Positions 45,549 to 55,816 of a stretch of 64,000 nucleotides of DNA are shown in pieces (positions within the stretch are counted from its first letter, which is position 1; the number at the start of each line of letters is the position of its first letter). Made by a program: the position numbers and the translations under genes. The DNA comes from Candidatus Pacebacteria bacterium CG2_30_36_39 (GTDB lineage: Bacteria; Patescibacteriota; Microgenomatia; UBA1400; PJMF01). The notes under the pieces are model-generated. The model saw only the letters and a program-made list of their open reading frames with translations. It ran no database searches and was not told the origin of the DNA. The DNA is taken from assembly GCA_001873435.1 (NCBI GenBank), contig MNZB01000003.1:6427-70426 (forward strand), written 5' to 3'.

Positions 45549-47639
45549 TTATTTATTATCGATGGCACTTGCTGTAGCTTCAACTTGAACGTATTTATCT
45601 TTGTAAACAGGGTCGTTTACGGAAAGATGATTGATAATAAATTGTAATTGTTCTAGTGATTTATCTGGTTGTTTATTTTGTGCATATAAATCAGCCAGCT
45701 CCTCTCTCGCTTTTAAATAATTTGGTTTTAACTGTACACATTTTTCTAAAGAAGCTTGAGCCTCTGGTATTTTATTTATTTCTTTTTGAACAACTCCTAG
45801 GTTGTAGTACAACTTTGCATCATTTGGAGATAAATCTATAGCTGATAAAAGAGTATGTTCAGCATCGACATAATAACTAGGATCGCTTTGTGCTAAAACC
45901 AAGAAAACCCTAGTTCTGGTTTTATAAAAATTAAGATGTCTAGGATTTAATAGCAACGCTTTGTTCGAACTCTGAATAGCTGCGGTAGCCAACTCTTTAC
46001 TAAATTGATCTTGTTTTAGGACATTATATTGAAAAGATAAGACGCTATAAATATTAGCAAACTCATCATAATAAAGAGCTTCATTGGGAGCTAGCTTAAT
46101 AGCCTTTTGTAATGACTGAGCTGCTTCTGTATAACGAGATTCTTTTTGTTGTTCCTCGCTTTTCTTATACCAGCGATCTGCTTGCCAAACTTTTGTAATA
46201 GAAATCATGACGTAGATAGCAGCTAGAGCAACTATTACAGAAAGAAGATGCTGCCACCAAGATAATTTGTTTTTTATTTTTGTTTCAACAATCTCAGTAT
46301 CTCTCAAGGCAATGACTGGCAAAGTAAAAAGAAGTAGGTTAGTGGCAACAATGGAAAAACCAAAGAAATGAACAATCGAAATTCCAATCAAACTTAGGAA
46401 AACCATCCAACTTGAATTAAAAACAGAAGCATATTGTTGGCCTTTTTTCCATAATAACCAACAGGTGATCAAAAGCCAAGCTAGATATGTAGAAAAACCC
46501 AGAATACCAGTTTCAGCCAGATAATTTAAAAATTCATTGTGAACCTTGTTGTATAAAAAATCCCATTCTGAAACTAAATTATGAAGAGCTGGTCTGTCTT
46601 GATAAAAACTATATGCAAAAGTAGCTGGACCAGAGCCAGTGAGTGGATAACGTTGCCAAACAAAAAAAGCACCTTGCCAGACTAAAGTTCTAATGGAAAA
46701 AGAATCAGTGCCTTGGGACAGGTCAAGGTTATTTAATTGCCTCATGGTTCTCTGATGGAGAAGAGAACTACTCAAGACAACTAATACTATAGCAGAAGTA
46801 AATAGAGAGAGCAAAAATAGGCGATGGTTAGCTATCTTTTTAATTACCCTTATCTTATTTACGGCTAATAAAAATCCAAAAACTAAAATCATTCCCAACA
46901 ATGCCATTATTCCAGATCTAGAATGAGTAAACCATAAAACAGTAATACTTAAGCCAGCTACTGTTGACCAAATCCAACGAAGTTTTTTCTCATAGCGAGA
47001 ACGTAAAAAGAATACCAATGGCAATGCTCCAATAATGTAGCTTGCTAGCCAATTTGGTTGGCCAAAAGTACCAAAAACCCTAGCTTGTACATCTTGTTTC
47101 CAGCAGCCAGTATCAAAAGTCTGACGCAAAAGATAACAACTAGGAGAAAAACCAAAATGTTCTGGCAGGGCATAAAGACTTACTAACAGCAAAGCTAGGA
47201 CATTAGTAAGGAAAATGGCATAAATCTTTTTCTTTGGTAATAGATTCCAGAGTCCAAGCGCCAAAACAACGTAGGCTAGGGTAGAGAAAAAACCTCCATT
47301 AAGCCTACTATAGTATCCAAGCCAAGAAGTTCTCCAATGAATAGAAAATAAAGTTGAAATTCCTTGACTTCCTAAAAAAGATAATAAAAGAGTAATAAAA
47401 ACATGGTTTTTCCAAACTATTTTTCTAGTTAAAAATGCCTGAATTAACCATAGAGCTCCAATTAATGTAGCAGCAACATAAACAACGAGCATTTTATTGA
47501 ATTCAAATAGCTCGCTATTACCCCAAAAAAAGAATAAAGGGGTAATGAGAAACACTCCATGATAGATAAAGCTTATCCAAGAAAGCAAAGACATTGTGAG
47601 CCTATTGTAAGACGAGATTAGTACTTTGGTGAGGACCAC
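45549..47639 (-). CDS. O-antigen ligase (Wzy_C)-like polytopic membrane protein fused to C-terminal TPR repeats.
   Basis: About 12 TM helices with a large periplasmic loop, followed by ~250 aa of TPR-like repeats (AIKLAPNEALYY, LLLNPRHLNFY, AIDLSPNDAKLYYNLG). Confidence 0.5.
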   Translation of the reverse strand: MVLTKVLISSYNRLTMSLLSWISFIYHGVFLITPLFFFWGNSELFEFNKMLVVYVAATLIGALWLIQAFLTRKIVWKNHVFITLLLSFLGSQGISTLFSIHWRTSWLGYYSRLNGGFFSTLAYVVLALGLWNLLPKKKIYAIFLTNVLALLLVSLYALPEHFGFSPSCYLLRQTFDTGCWKQDVQARVFGTFGQPNWLASYIIGALPLVFFLRSRYEKKLRWIWSTVAGLSITVLWFTHSRSGIMALLGMILVFGFLLAVNKIRVIKKIANHRLFLLSLFTSAIVLVVLSSSLLHQRTMRQLNNLDLSQGTDSFSIRTLVWQGAFFVWQRYPLTGSGPATFAYSFYQDRPALHNLVSEWDFLYNKVHNEFLNYLAETGILGFSTYLAWLLITCWLLWKKGQQYASVFNSSWMVFLSLIGISIVHFFGFSIVATNLLLFTLPVIALRDTEIVETKIKNKLSWWQHLLSVIVALAAIYVMISITKVWQADRWYKKSEEQQKESRYTEAAQSLQKAIKLAPNEALYYDEFANIYSVLSFQYNVLKQDQFSKELATAAIQSSNKALLLNPRHLNFYKTRTRVFLVLAQSDPSYYVDAEHTLLSAIDLSPNDAKLYYNLGVVQKEINKIPEAQASLEKCVQLKPNYLKAREELADLYAQNKQPDKSLEQLQFIINHLSVNDPVYKDKYVQVEATASAIDNK

Positions 47640-47697
47640 ATTTTCTGCTATATTAGAGATACCTAAATAGGTAAGCTAATATAATATCGAGAAAACT

Positions 47698-48648
47698 ATG
47701 ACAGATCCTGCCCTTCAACCTAGTCGTTCATCTTACGTTGATTCTTATGTTCCACCTCAAGTAGGTGTAGCAAACAATCAAGTTATTCCTCCAGCTACAT
47801 CAACCAGTACTAGTTCAAGTAGCGATGATGCTCTAAAAAAACTTGAAGAATTGGTTGCGGACTATGAATCAAATAAGGACGAATTAAAAGATATTCAACT
47901 TGCAGAAATTGAGGATTTGCAAAAAAAGACAAACAATGGAGTTTCCACTAAAGTCAGTCATGATATGAATGGTGAGGAAAATGATCCTTTGGCAGAATTG
48001 GAAAAAGCTTTGGGCGAGTACGAAAAGAAGTACCAGGAAAAAATTAAAGCCAATGAACAAGACATTGCTGAAAATCCTGGTCAAAAAACCAAAGTTAGTG
48101 CCCAAGCTTTTGACAAAGCCATGGATCAAATGATGGCAGCTCAAGTAGCAGTCGATCAACCACCAACTGTTCAAAAAACTGATTCAGTTGCCACTAGCGA
48201 TGAAAATAGCGGAGAAGGCATTGATGAACAGAATATTTTTGAACTACTCGGAGTAGTTGATGCTACGGAAGCAGAAAAAGAATCATTTTTAGATGAATTA
48301 CAGCAAGCCTTGTGGGAAGACTTTTTGGATAAAGATTTGTCTTCATTGGTATCAGAGAAGGAAATGGCTGAAATTACAGAAATAAAGAATACGGCTAATT
48401 TGAGTGAAGATGACAAGCAAAGCAAGATTATTGAAAAGATTGAACAATCAGTACCAGATATTGAAGAAATAATGATGGAAAAAGCTCTTGAACTCAAGGA
48501 AGATATGGTTTGGGAAAGAGTTAAAGGTATCCAGGAGCAAATGGGTAAAACTGGTGGTGACATGAGAAAATTAGAGGCAGTAGAGGAATATTTTAGACAA
48601 AACCGCTGGAAAACTGGAAGTAAGATCCTAAATAGCCTCAGTTATTAG
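47698..48648 (+). CDS. Hypothetical highly acidic, low-complexity/coiled-coil protein.
   Basis: 316-aa D/E/K-rich protein with an S/T-rich N-terminus. Confidence 0.4.
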   Translation: MTDPALQPSRSSYVDSYVPPQVGVANNQVIPPATSTSTSSSSDDALKKLEELVADYESNKDELKDIQLAEIEDLQKKTNNGVSTKVSHDMNGEENDPLAELEKALGEYEKKYQEKIKANEQDIAENPGQKTKVSAQAFDKAMDQMMAAQVAVDQPPTVQKTDSVATSDENSGEGIDEQNIFELLGVVDATEAEKESFLDELQQALWEDFLDKDLSSLVSEKEMAEITEIKNTANLSEDDKQSKIIEKIEQSVPDIEEIMMEKALELKEDMVWERVKGIQEQMGKTGGDMRKLEAVEEYFRQNRWKTGSKILNSLSY

Positions 48649-48681
48649 TTTTGAGTATAGACTGGTTTTTCTCTCTTAGAT

Positions 48682-49569
48682 TTGCTAGGCTCTGGATGCA
48701 TGAGAAATTCGAATTTTTCTCGATTATCATTGGATTTTTTACATCAAGATCAAGTACTTTTTTGGCTTGAAGGTCGTTTTCTGCTGATGGTTGCTGGCAA
48801 GAAGAGAAAGCAATTGCTTTTAAAAGCTGACTCAGGCATTGCTGATGGTTTAATCGCTAATGAAGAAGCAGCTGTTAAGACAATTAGTGCTTTTTGTCAT
48901 GAAAATGAAATTAGATTCCAGAATTTATTTAAAATTCATCAAGCAATAATTTTTATTCCTACTAATAGCTCTCCAGTGGAGCAGTCTCTGATAAAAAGAG
49001 TTTTCAGTCAGGTTGGTTTTCGCCAAATTGAATTGAGACTTTATGCTACAGCCTTTAGAGCTTTTTTGGCTAAACAAGCATTTGAAAGGGGAATTTTTGT
49101 ATATATTGGCCAAGAAATTAGTGAAATAGGTGTTTTTTCCGATCGTGATCAACAAAGCTTTTCTATATATTTCTCTATTAAAGAAGCAATGGAAATAGTT
49201 ACTCATTTTTTTAGAGAAAAACATTTATTTGAAATATCGCCGGTTGTTGCCAATCAAGTATATGAAGAAATTGGTAAACATGGAGAAAAATTCTCCTTAA
49301 CTATAAGAGGGAGAGAAAGTAGAAGTAGGGAAATTGCCACGCACTCATTTTCTTTTAAAGAAATAGAGCCATTACATCAAGTTCTTAAGCGAAAAGTAGA
49401 AAAGGAATTGTTGAGTGTGATTGGAGATAAGTTATTTCGTGAGATTCAGCCAGATAAATGGGTAATTTTGGGTGATAATTTTTGGTTTAATAATTTGAAG
49501 TCACAAGCTGATAAAGCTTTGCAACTACAAACTGCTTTTGATTTAATGCAGGGAGTGGAATGGCTATGA
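48682..49569 (+). CDS. Degenerate MreB/actin-fold paralog directly upstream of mreC.
   Basis: Region-by-region similarity to MreB (KADSGIADGLIANEEAAV vs RGGVIADFEVTE; IFIPTNSSPVEQSLIKRVF...IELRLYATAFRAF vs VICVPVGITEVERRAV...FLIEEPMAAAIGA). Phosphate-1, phosphate-2 and adenosine motifs are all non-canonical. Confidence 0.35.
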   Translation: MLGSGCMRNSNFSRLSLDFLHQDQVLFWLEGRFLLMVAGKKRKQLLLKADSGIADGLIANEEAAVKTISAFCHENEIRFQNLFKIHQAIIFIPTNSSPVEQSLIKRVFSQVGFRQIELRLYATAFRAFLAKQAFERGIFVYIGQEISEIGVFSDRDQQSFSIYFSIKEAMEIVTHFFREKHLFEISPVVANQVYEEIGKHGEKFSLTIRGRESRSREIATHSFSFKEIEPLHQVLKRKVEKELLSVIGDKLFREIQPDKWVILGDNFWFNNLKSQADKALQLQTAFDLMQGVEWL

Positions 49570-50339
49570 CAAACAAATCACTTGATTTTTTTCGTTGGGA
49601 TCAAGTTTTGTTGATCGGTATTAGTGTGCTTTTGCTTGAAAGTGTTGGCTGGCTATTACCAGTTCAAAATTTAACATATGGATATGTTGTAAAACCAATG
49701 AAGCATTGGTGGGTGCAACAAAGTACCAAAGTTACTTCAACAGTTGGCCTTGTCTCGAAACTTTTTAATGCTGCTGCTCATATCCAAGATTTAGAATCTA
49801 GATTAGCAGACGCAGCTGCTTCATTAACTGAACTAGATTCATTGAAAACAGAAAATAAGGAACTTAGGTATTTATTGGAAAACACCGATCGTCCGCAGGG
49901 AAGAACTCTAATTACTAGACCGGTTGTTGCTTTTGCAAAACCAGCTGTCGCTGGAGGTTTAGATCTTCAACTAGAAAAAAATTCTTTAATTTTAAGTAGA
50001 GAAACTCTTTTGGGTCAAATTAGTGAAGTCGGTAATTTTGAATCACAAGTTACTCTTTTATATGAGAAAGAAGCCACTCCAATTTTGGCGGAAACTGACA
50101 CTGGAGTTCAAGGAATAGTTAGGGGAGACGGAAGAAAATTGTTATTTACTGAGGTAGCCAGAACAGCCAATTTAATAGTTGGTCAAAGAGTTATTACTGT
50201 TGGGCAACCTCAGGTAGAACAAGGAATTTTAATAGGTAAAATTGTTGCGATTGAGAATAATATGACAGCCTCTGTTCAAACGGCTGTTATTGAACAATAT
50301 GTTTCTTTTTATGAGAGCCCAGTGGTGGAGGTGAGATGA
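49560..50339 (+). CDS. mreC: Rod shape-determining protein MreC.
   Basis: N-terminal TM, a coiled coil (LESRLADAAASLTELDSLKTENKELRYLLE) and a C-terminal beta domain. Followed by mreD and PBP2. Confidence 0.65.
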   Translation: MAMTNKSLDFFRWDQVLLIGISVLLLESVGWLLPVQNLTYGYVVKPMKHWWVQQSTKVTSTVGLVSKLFNAAAHIQDLESRLADAAASLTELDSLKTENKELRYLLENTDRPQGRTLITRPVVAFAKPAVAGGLDLQLEKNSLILSRETLLGQISEVGNFESQVTLLYEKEATPILAETDTGVQGIVRGDGRKLLFTEVARTANLIVGQRVITVGQPQVEQGILIGKIVAIENNMTASVQTAVIEQYVSFYESPVVEVR

Positions 50340-50797
50340 AGAAATTTATTAATCTCAATCAAGATGATACTTTAACCCTATTTCAAAATTTTGTTTACTT
50401 CTTAATTTTATTGGTACTTCTTTCATTTGAAGCGAGCTTTGGCTTACCTTGGTTAAGTATTTATTTTTTTTATCAAGTTGCCATGAGACTAAATATCATT
50501 GGTTTTTGGACACTACTGCTTAGCTTTAGTTTATTGATATCCATTGCTTATCCACTTTCTATCTTTGTAAGTTTTGGTTTATTGATTATTTTATGGTGGG
50601 CAAAACAATATTTTTCTAGAACCAAATGGTTTGGTTTATATATTTTAATCATAACTGCGATGGCGTGGTTGGGTACAAATTTACAACTTTGGTTGGTAAT
50701 TTGGCAAAGTATTTTGAGCTTAATATTCCTTTTCATTCATCTTAGGGGAGTAATTTGGTGGCCAAGAACATGGAAAAACAACGAAAAAATTTATTAA
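50336..50797 (+). CDS. mreD: Rod shape-determining protein MreD (small polytopic membrane protein).
   Basis: 153 aa with 4-5 TM helices, 4-nt overlap with mreC, positioned between mreC and PBP2. Confidence 0.5.
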   Translation: MKKFINLNQDDTLTLFQNFVYFLILLVLLSFEASFGLPWLSIYFFYQVAMRLNIIGFWTLLLSFSLLISIAYPLSIFVSFGLLIILWWAKQYFSRTKWFGLYILIITAMAWLGTNLQLWLVIWQSILSLIFLFIHLRGVIWWPRTWKNNEKIY

Positions 50798-52632
50798 TAT
50801 TGATTTTTTTTAGTTTAATTAGCATGGCATTAGCTTTGTTAATAGCTAGGGCTGTTGATTTACAAGCTTTTCAAGGAGAGTTTTTTGCTAATATTTCCCA
50901 GAGAAACAGAAAATTTAGAGTAGAACTGCCGGCAGAAAGAGGAATCATCTCAGATCGTTTTGGAGATCCATTGGTGATTAATCAAAGATCATATTTTAAA
51001 GTTTTAGATCCTACAGCTCTTTATTCAAAACAGGAAGCATTGAGTAAGGAGCAAGCACTAGCTTTGGAAATCGAGGATCCTTTTCAAGTTAATTATGTTT
51101 TACAGCGCGTCTATTTGAGGCCTTTTTCCTTGGCGCATTCTCTAGGTTATGTCTCAGGTGTAACAGCTGATGATTTAGAAGAAAACCATCAATTAGAAAT
51201 GAGCGATGTTTTGGGCAGAGTTGGTTTGGAAGCATTTTTTGATGAATCTTTGCGTGGAACCGTGGGTTATAGAGAGTTTGAAATTAATGCCTTAGGAGAA
51301 AAGAGAAGTGAGGCTTTTAGAGTTGAGCCAAAACTTGGAAGAAGTGTTCAATCTTCATTGGATCCATATCTTTCTACAGTTGCTTGGAAAGCTATGGGAA
51401 ATAAAACTGGAGCTGTAGTTATTTTGGATGCAGATACTGGTAAAATTTTAAGTTTAATTAGTACTCCTTCTTTCAATAATAATTTATTTACTCCAACCTA
51501 CCAGCCAGATGAAAAACAACTAAAAACTGCAGAATTAAATACTGCTTTAGCTGATGAAAAAAAACTCTTTTTTAATCGAGCCATTAGCGGTCTTTATGCT
51601 CCTGGTTCAATTTTCAAGTTGGTTACGGCCATAGCTGGTTTGGAAGCGAATGCTTTTACTACCGAAACAACAGTTGATGATCAAGGAGTTCTTGATGTTG
51701 GTGAGTATCGTTATGCTAACTGGTATTACACCCAATATGGCAGAACTGAGGGTCTAATTTCATTGGTTAGAGCAATTGCTCGCAGTAATGATACTTATTT
51801 TTATAAAGCTGCCGAATTAGTTGGTGTTGATGCTTTGGCCCAGCAAGCTGAAGAGCTTGGTTTCGGTAAAAAAACAGGGGTTGAATTACCAGGGGAGAAG
51901 TCTGGTTTAGTACCCAATCCTACTTGGAAGGAAAAAAACATTGGCGAGCGATGGTTTTTGGGTAATACTTTTCATATGGGTATTGGCCAAGGAGATTTGT
52001 TGGTTACACCTCTACAGCAAGCTCAATTAGTTCAGGTCTTTGGTAATGGTGGAAAATTATGTAAGCCAAGTTTAATAGAAAATAATGGTCAATCAACTTG
52101 TAGCAGCATCGGTGTGAAAGACGAAAATTTAGCAGCTGTACAAGAAGGAATGATTCAGGCTTGTTCTCCAGGTGGGGTAGCTTTTCCATTTTTCCCTTGG
52201 AACCAACAGCATCTAGCTCAGTTATCTGCTGAAACTGTTTCTCCACAGCAACAAATTAATAATGGAGTAATAGCTTGTAAAACTGGGACTGCTGAGTTTG
52301 GAGCTGCTGACCAACGTGGTTATCGCAAAACTCATGCTTGGTTTGGAATGACTGTTGGCGGAGTAAAGAAGATGCTTGAGGAACAAACAAAAGTTTTGGG
52401 AGAAAATACCGCGCTTCAATCTCCAACAATTGATGAAAATTCTGAAGCAGAGCGAGATTTATCTGTTGAAAAAGCTAAATGGCTAGTTCTTTTGAAGAAA
52501 AACTCTTTTCCTAATACCATAGCGATTGTTGTTTTGGTTGAGAGTGATGAAGTTCAACCCTACCAAGAAGGTTCTAGAGATGCTGCTCCTGTCGCACTTG
52601 AAATTTGGAACTGGATGATGGGTTTAGAGTAA
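50755..52632 (+). CDS. mrdA: Penicillin-binding protein 2 (class B transpeptidase).
   Basis: SxxK (SIFK), SxN (SND) and KTG (KTGTA) motifs with an N-terminal TM and dimerisation domain. Confidence 0.8.
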   Translation: MVAKNMEKQRKNLLILIFFSLISMALALLIARAVDLQAFQGEFFANISQRNRKFRVELPAERGIISDRFGDPLVINQRSYFKVLDPTALYSKQEALSKEQALALEIEDPFQVNYVLQRVYLRPFSLAHSLGYVSGVTADDLEENHQLEMSDVLGRVGLEAFFDESLRGTVGYREFEINALGEKRSEAFRVEPKLGRSVQSSLDPYLSTVAWKAMGNKTGAVVILDADTGKILSLISTPSFNNNLFTPTYQPDEKQLKTAELNTALADEKKLFFNRAISGLYAPGSIFKLVTAIAGLEANAFTTETTVDDQGVLDVGEYRYANWYYTQYGRTEGLISLVRAIARSNDTYFYKAAELVGVDALAQQAEELGFGKKTGVELPGEKSGLVPNPTWKEKNIGERWFLGNTFHMGIGQGDLLVTPLQQAQLVQVFGNGGKLCKPSLIENNGQSTCSSIGVKDENLAAVQEGMIQACSPGGVAFPFFPWNQQHLAQLSAETVSPQQQINNGVIACKTGTAEFGAADQRGYRKTHAWFGMTVGGVKKMLEEQTKVLGENTALQSPTIDENSEAERDLSVEKAKWLVLLKKNSFPNTIAIVVLVESDEVQPYQEGSRDAAPVALEIWNWMMGLE

Positions 52633-52667
52633 GCTATTTTTCATTTTTCTCACTTACAATTTGAGTT

Positions 52668-53546
52668 ATGAATTTTTCTCGCGAGTTTATGATTGCTCTT
52701 TATGCTTTGAATGGGGTTGGAGTAAAAACATACCAAAAAATACTTAAAACCCTAAATATACTCGAAGCGACTGAGTCTGACTTTTGGGTCAATAAAGGAG
52801 ATATCTGGGGGAAAATACCGCTTAATAAAAATATAGAAAAATCAATCTATTTTTTTAAAAAAGAATATACAAGTTATTCATATTCTCAATTTTTATTATC
52901 AAAAGAGATTCGGGTAGTATTTACCAAAGACCAAGAATATCCAAAACTACTAAAGCAAATCGATTTTCCACCGCCAATAATTTATGTCAAAGGAGCATTT
53001 CTTAATTTAAATCAGCCATTAGCCATAGTTGGCACCAGGCATCCCACTAAATATGGAATCAAAGTTCTTGAAGAATTAGTACCTAGCTTAGCCAAAACAA
53101 GAACGATTGTATCTGGTTTTATGTATGGAACAGATATCTTGGCTCAAGAAATTGTCTTAAAAGTCTCTGGTTATACCGTTGGTGTCCTTGGTTTTGGCTT
53201 TGATGCAATGTATCCAGCATCTTTTAAGCAAAAATTTACTGATTTTATAGCAAATGGAGCTAGTTTTATTTCTCCATTTGCTCCCAACATTCAGCCAAGA
53301 CCAGGCAATTTTCCAGCGCGAAATCTAATAGTGGCTGGAATGTCAGAGGGAGTGTGCGTAATCGAAGCCGCCTCGCAGAGTGGCAGTTTGATTACAGCCA
53401 GGTTGGCTGGTGAGTTGGGTAGAGATGTGTGGGCAGTTTCTGGTTCTATTTTTAATAAATTCTCACGGGGAACCCAAGATTTAATTAATCAGGGTGCAAA
53501 AATGATTTGTCGTCCAGAAGACATTAATAATGAGTTCATGCTTTAG
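52668..53546 (+). CDS. dprA: DNA processing protein DprA/Smf.
   Basis: Rossmann-like DprA core IVGTRHPTKYG...SGFMYGTD...LIVAGMSEGVCVIEAASQSGSLITARLAGELGRDVWAV, adjacent to topA. Confidence 0.8.
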   Translation: MNFSREFMIALYALNGVGVKTYQKILKTLNILEATESDFWVNKGDIWGKIPLNKNIEKSIYFFKKEYTSYSYSQFLLSKEIRVVFTKDQEYPKLLKQIDFPPPIIYVKGAFLNLNQPLAIVGTRHPTKYGIKVLEELVPSLAKTRTIVSGFMYGTDILAQEIVLKVSGYTVGVLGFGFDAMYPASFKQKFTDFIANGASFISPFAPNIQPRPGNFPARNLIVAGMSEGVCVIEAASQSGSLITARLAGELGRDVWAVSGSIFNKFSRGTQDLINQGAKMICRPEDINNEFML

Positions 53547-53624
53547 GTCAACTTTGAATAAAATATCAAAATCCTGCCTTGTGAATAGGCAAGAATTGAT
53601 CGATAGTGTATAGTCGTTGAGTGT

Positions 53625-55805
53625 ATGGCGAGTAAAAAAATGAAGCTAGTTATTGTTGAATCACCTACAAAAGCCCGTAAATTACGTGGCTATTTAGGTA
53701 GTGATTATATAGTTGAAGCTTCAGTTGGTCACATCCGTGATTTACCAACCAAATCCCTGGGAATTAACATCGAAAAAGATTTTGAACCAGAATACGAAGT
53801 TAGCCCTGGTAAGAAAAAAGTTTTAGCTCAGTTAAAAAAAGCAGCCAAAGAATCAGATACTGTTTATCTCGCTATGGATCCTGATCGTGAGGGCGAAGCT
53901 ATTGCTTGGCATGTTAAGCATTTGTTAGATGATAATAAGGGTAGTTTAAAGTTTGTTCGCTCAACATTTCATCAAATTACTAAAACAGCTGTTATGGATG
54001 CCATTAATCATCCTAGTGAAATTATTTTAGATCTAGTTGATGCCCAGCAAGCTCGTAGAGTAGTTGATCGTTTGGTGGGATATAAAGTTTCACCAGTGCT
54101 TTGGAAAAAAGTAAGACGTGGCTTATCTGCTGGAAGAGTTCAATCCGTTGCCTTGAGATTAATCGTAGAAAGAGAACGAGAAATAGAGGCATTTAAGGCA
54201 GAAGAATATTGGGAAGTTAATGTTGGTTTAAATACAGAAGATAAAAAAATAACTATTTTTGAAGATGGTAAGCCAAAAGAAGATTTGGTTGAAACAGTAT
54301 TTTTATCTCAGGTAACAAAGTGGGGAAGTAAAAAGTTTGAGCCAAAACAAGAAGCAGACATTACTCCTGTTGTTGATTTTTTAAAAATTGCCTCATATCA
54401 AGTTACTGATGTAGAACAAAAGCAACGTACTCGTCAAAGCTTGCCTCCATTTACTACTTCAACCTTACAACAAGCAGCGGCTAATAAATTTGGTTATTCT
54501 GCCAAGCAAACAATGGCTTTAGCTCAACAATTATATGAAGAAGGCTTGATTACTTATCATCGTACCGACTCAGTAAATTTGGCAACTGAAGCAATTGCTG
54601 CGGCTAGATCAGTAATTTCTTCTAAATATGGTGATAAATATTTACCGAGCCAACCACGTTTATTTGCCACTAAATCAAAAAATGCTCAAGAAGCTCATGA
54701 GGCTATTCGTCCTACTGATGCTGATTTGTCAGCAGACCTAGCAATTCAAAAAATTAAAGGTCTCCAACCACAACAAGAAAAACTCTATGACCTCATTTGG
54801 AAACGCTTTATTGCCTCACAAATGGAATCTGCTATTTATCAGCAAACCAAAGCTACTATTGAAGCTAGGAAAGATAGTCAAATTGCCGAATTACAAGCAA
54901 ACGGTTCAGTTAAAGAGTTCGATGGTTGGATGATTCTATTTAGTGGCAATGGTGATACTTTGCTACCTTTATTGACTAAAGGTCAAGAAATCTATGAATC
55001 AGATTTATTTGCTGCTCAAAAATTCACTCAACCTCCAGCTAGATATAACGATGCTTCTTTAATTAAAGAATTAGAAAAACGTGGTATTGGTCGTCCTAGT
55101 ACTTACGCTAGTATTATTTCGGTTATTGTTGATCGTTCATATGTTGAACGCAAAGAGAAAAGATTTTTTGCTGCCCAAATTGGTAAAGTGGTAAGTGATT
55201 TCCTAGTAGAACATTTTCCAGAGATCATGAGCTATGATTTCACTGCGGAAATGGAAGAAGATTTGGATCGCATTGCTCGCGGAGAGAAGGAATGGAAAAA
55301 AGTAGTTAAAAATTTCTTTACTCCTTTATCAAAGAAGATTGGTGATGTGGAAAAAACTGCAGACAGAGCTGAAATTCCAGTTGTAAAGACAGGCATCGCC
55401 TGTCCTACCTGTGGTGAAACAGAGCATGGGGAGATAGTAATACGCGATGGTCGCTTTGGAAAATTTAAGAGTTGCAGTCGTTTTCCTGAATGCAAATTTA
55501 CTGAAAACATTGTTGAAAAATTAGAGGGACAGCTTTGTCCTTTGTGTCAAAAAGGCGACATTGTGATTAAGCCAAGTAGATGGGGCAAACCTTTTTTTGG
55601 TTGTGGTAGTTATCCTGAATGTAACTGGGCTAGTTGGACTAAACCAGCCCCAGATCTTAAGATTTCTGAGAGTGAGTGGAAAGAGCAGCAAGCAGCTAGG
55701 GCTGAACGTAAAAAAGCTCGTGATGAAGCCAATGAAGCAAAAGCTAAACCAAAAAAAGCAACAAAATCAAGTAAAAAGAAATCTACTCGTACTAAGAAAA
55801 AATAA
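53625..55805 (+). CDS. topA: DNA topoisomerase I.
   Basis: TOPRIM (LVIVESPTKARKL, DPDREGEAIAWH), topo IA core, two C-terminal C4 zinc ribbons and a Lys-rich tail. Confidence 0.9.
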   Translation: MASKKMKLVIVESPTKARKLRGYLGSDYIVEASVGHIRDLPTKSLGINIEKDFEPEYEVSPGKKKVLAQLKKAAKESDTVYLAMDPDREGEAIAWHVKHLLDDNKGSLKFVRSTFHQITKTAVMDAINHPSEIILDLVDAQQARRVVDRLVGYKVSPVLWKKVRRGLSAGRVQSVALRLIVEREREIEAFKAEEYWEVNVGLNTEDKKITIFEDGKPKEDLVETVFLSQVTKWGSKKFEPKQEADITPVVDFLKIASYQVTDVEQKQRTRQSLPPFTTSTLQQAAANKFGYSAKQTMALAQQLYEEGLITYHRTDSVNLATEAIAAARSVISSKYGDKYLPSQPRLFATKSKNAQEAHEAIRPTDADLSADLAIQKIKGLQPQQEKLYDLIWKRFIASQMESAIYQQTKATIEARKDSQIAELQANGSVKEFDGWMILFSGNGDTLLPLLTKGQEIYESDLFAAQKFTQPPARYNDASLIKELEKRGIGRPSTYASIISVIVDRSYVERKEKRFFAAQIGKVVSDFLVEHFPEIMSYDFTAEMEEDLDRIARGEKEWKKVVKNFFTPLSKKIGDVEKTADRAEIPVVKTGIACPTCGETEHGEIVIRDGRFGKFKSCSRFPECKFTENIVEKLEGQLCPLCQKGDIVIKPSRWGKPFFGCGSYPECNWASWTKPAPDLKISESEWKEQQAARAERKKARDEANEAKAKPKKATKSSKKKSTRTKKK

Positions 55806-55816
55806 TTTTCATTGCT

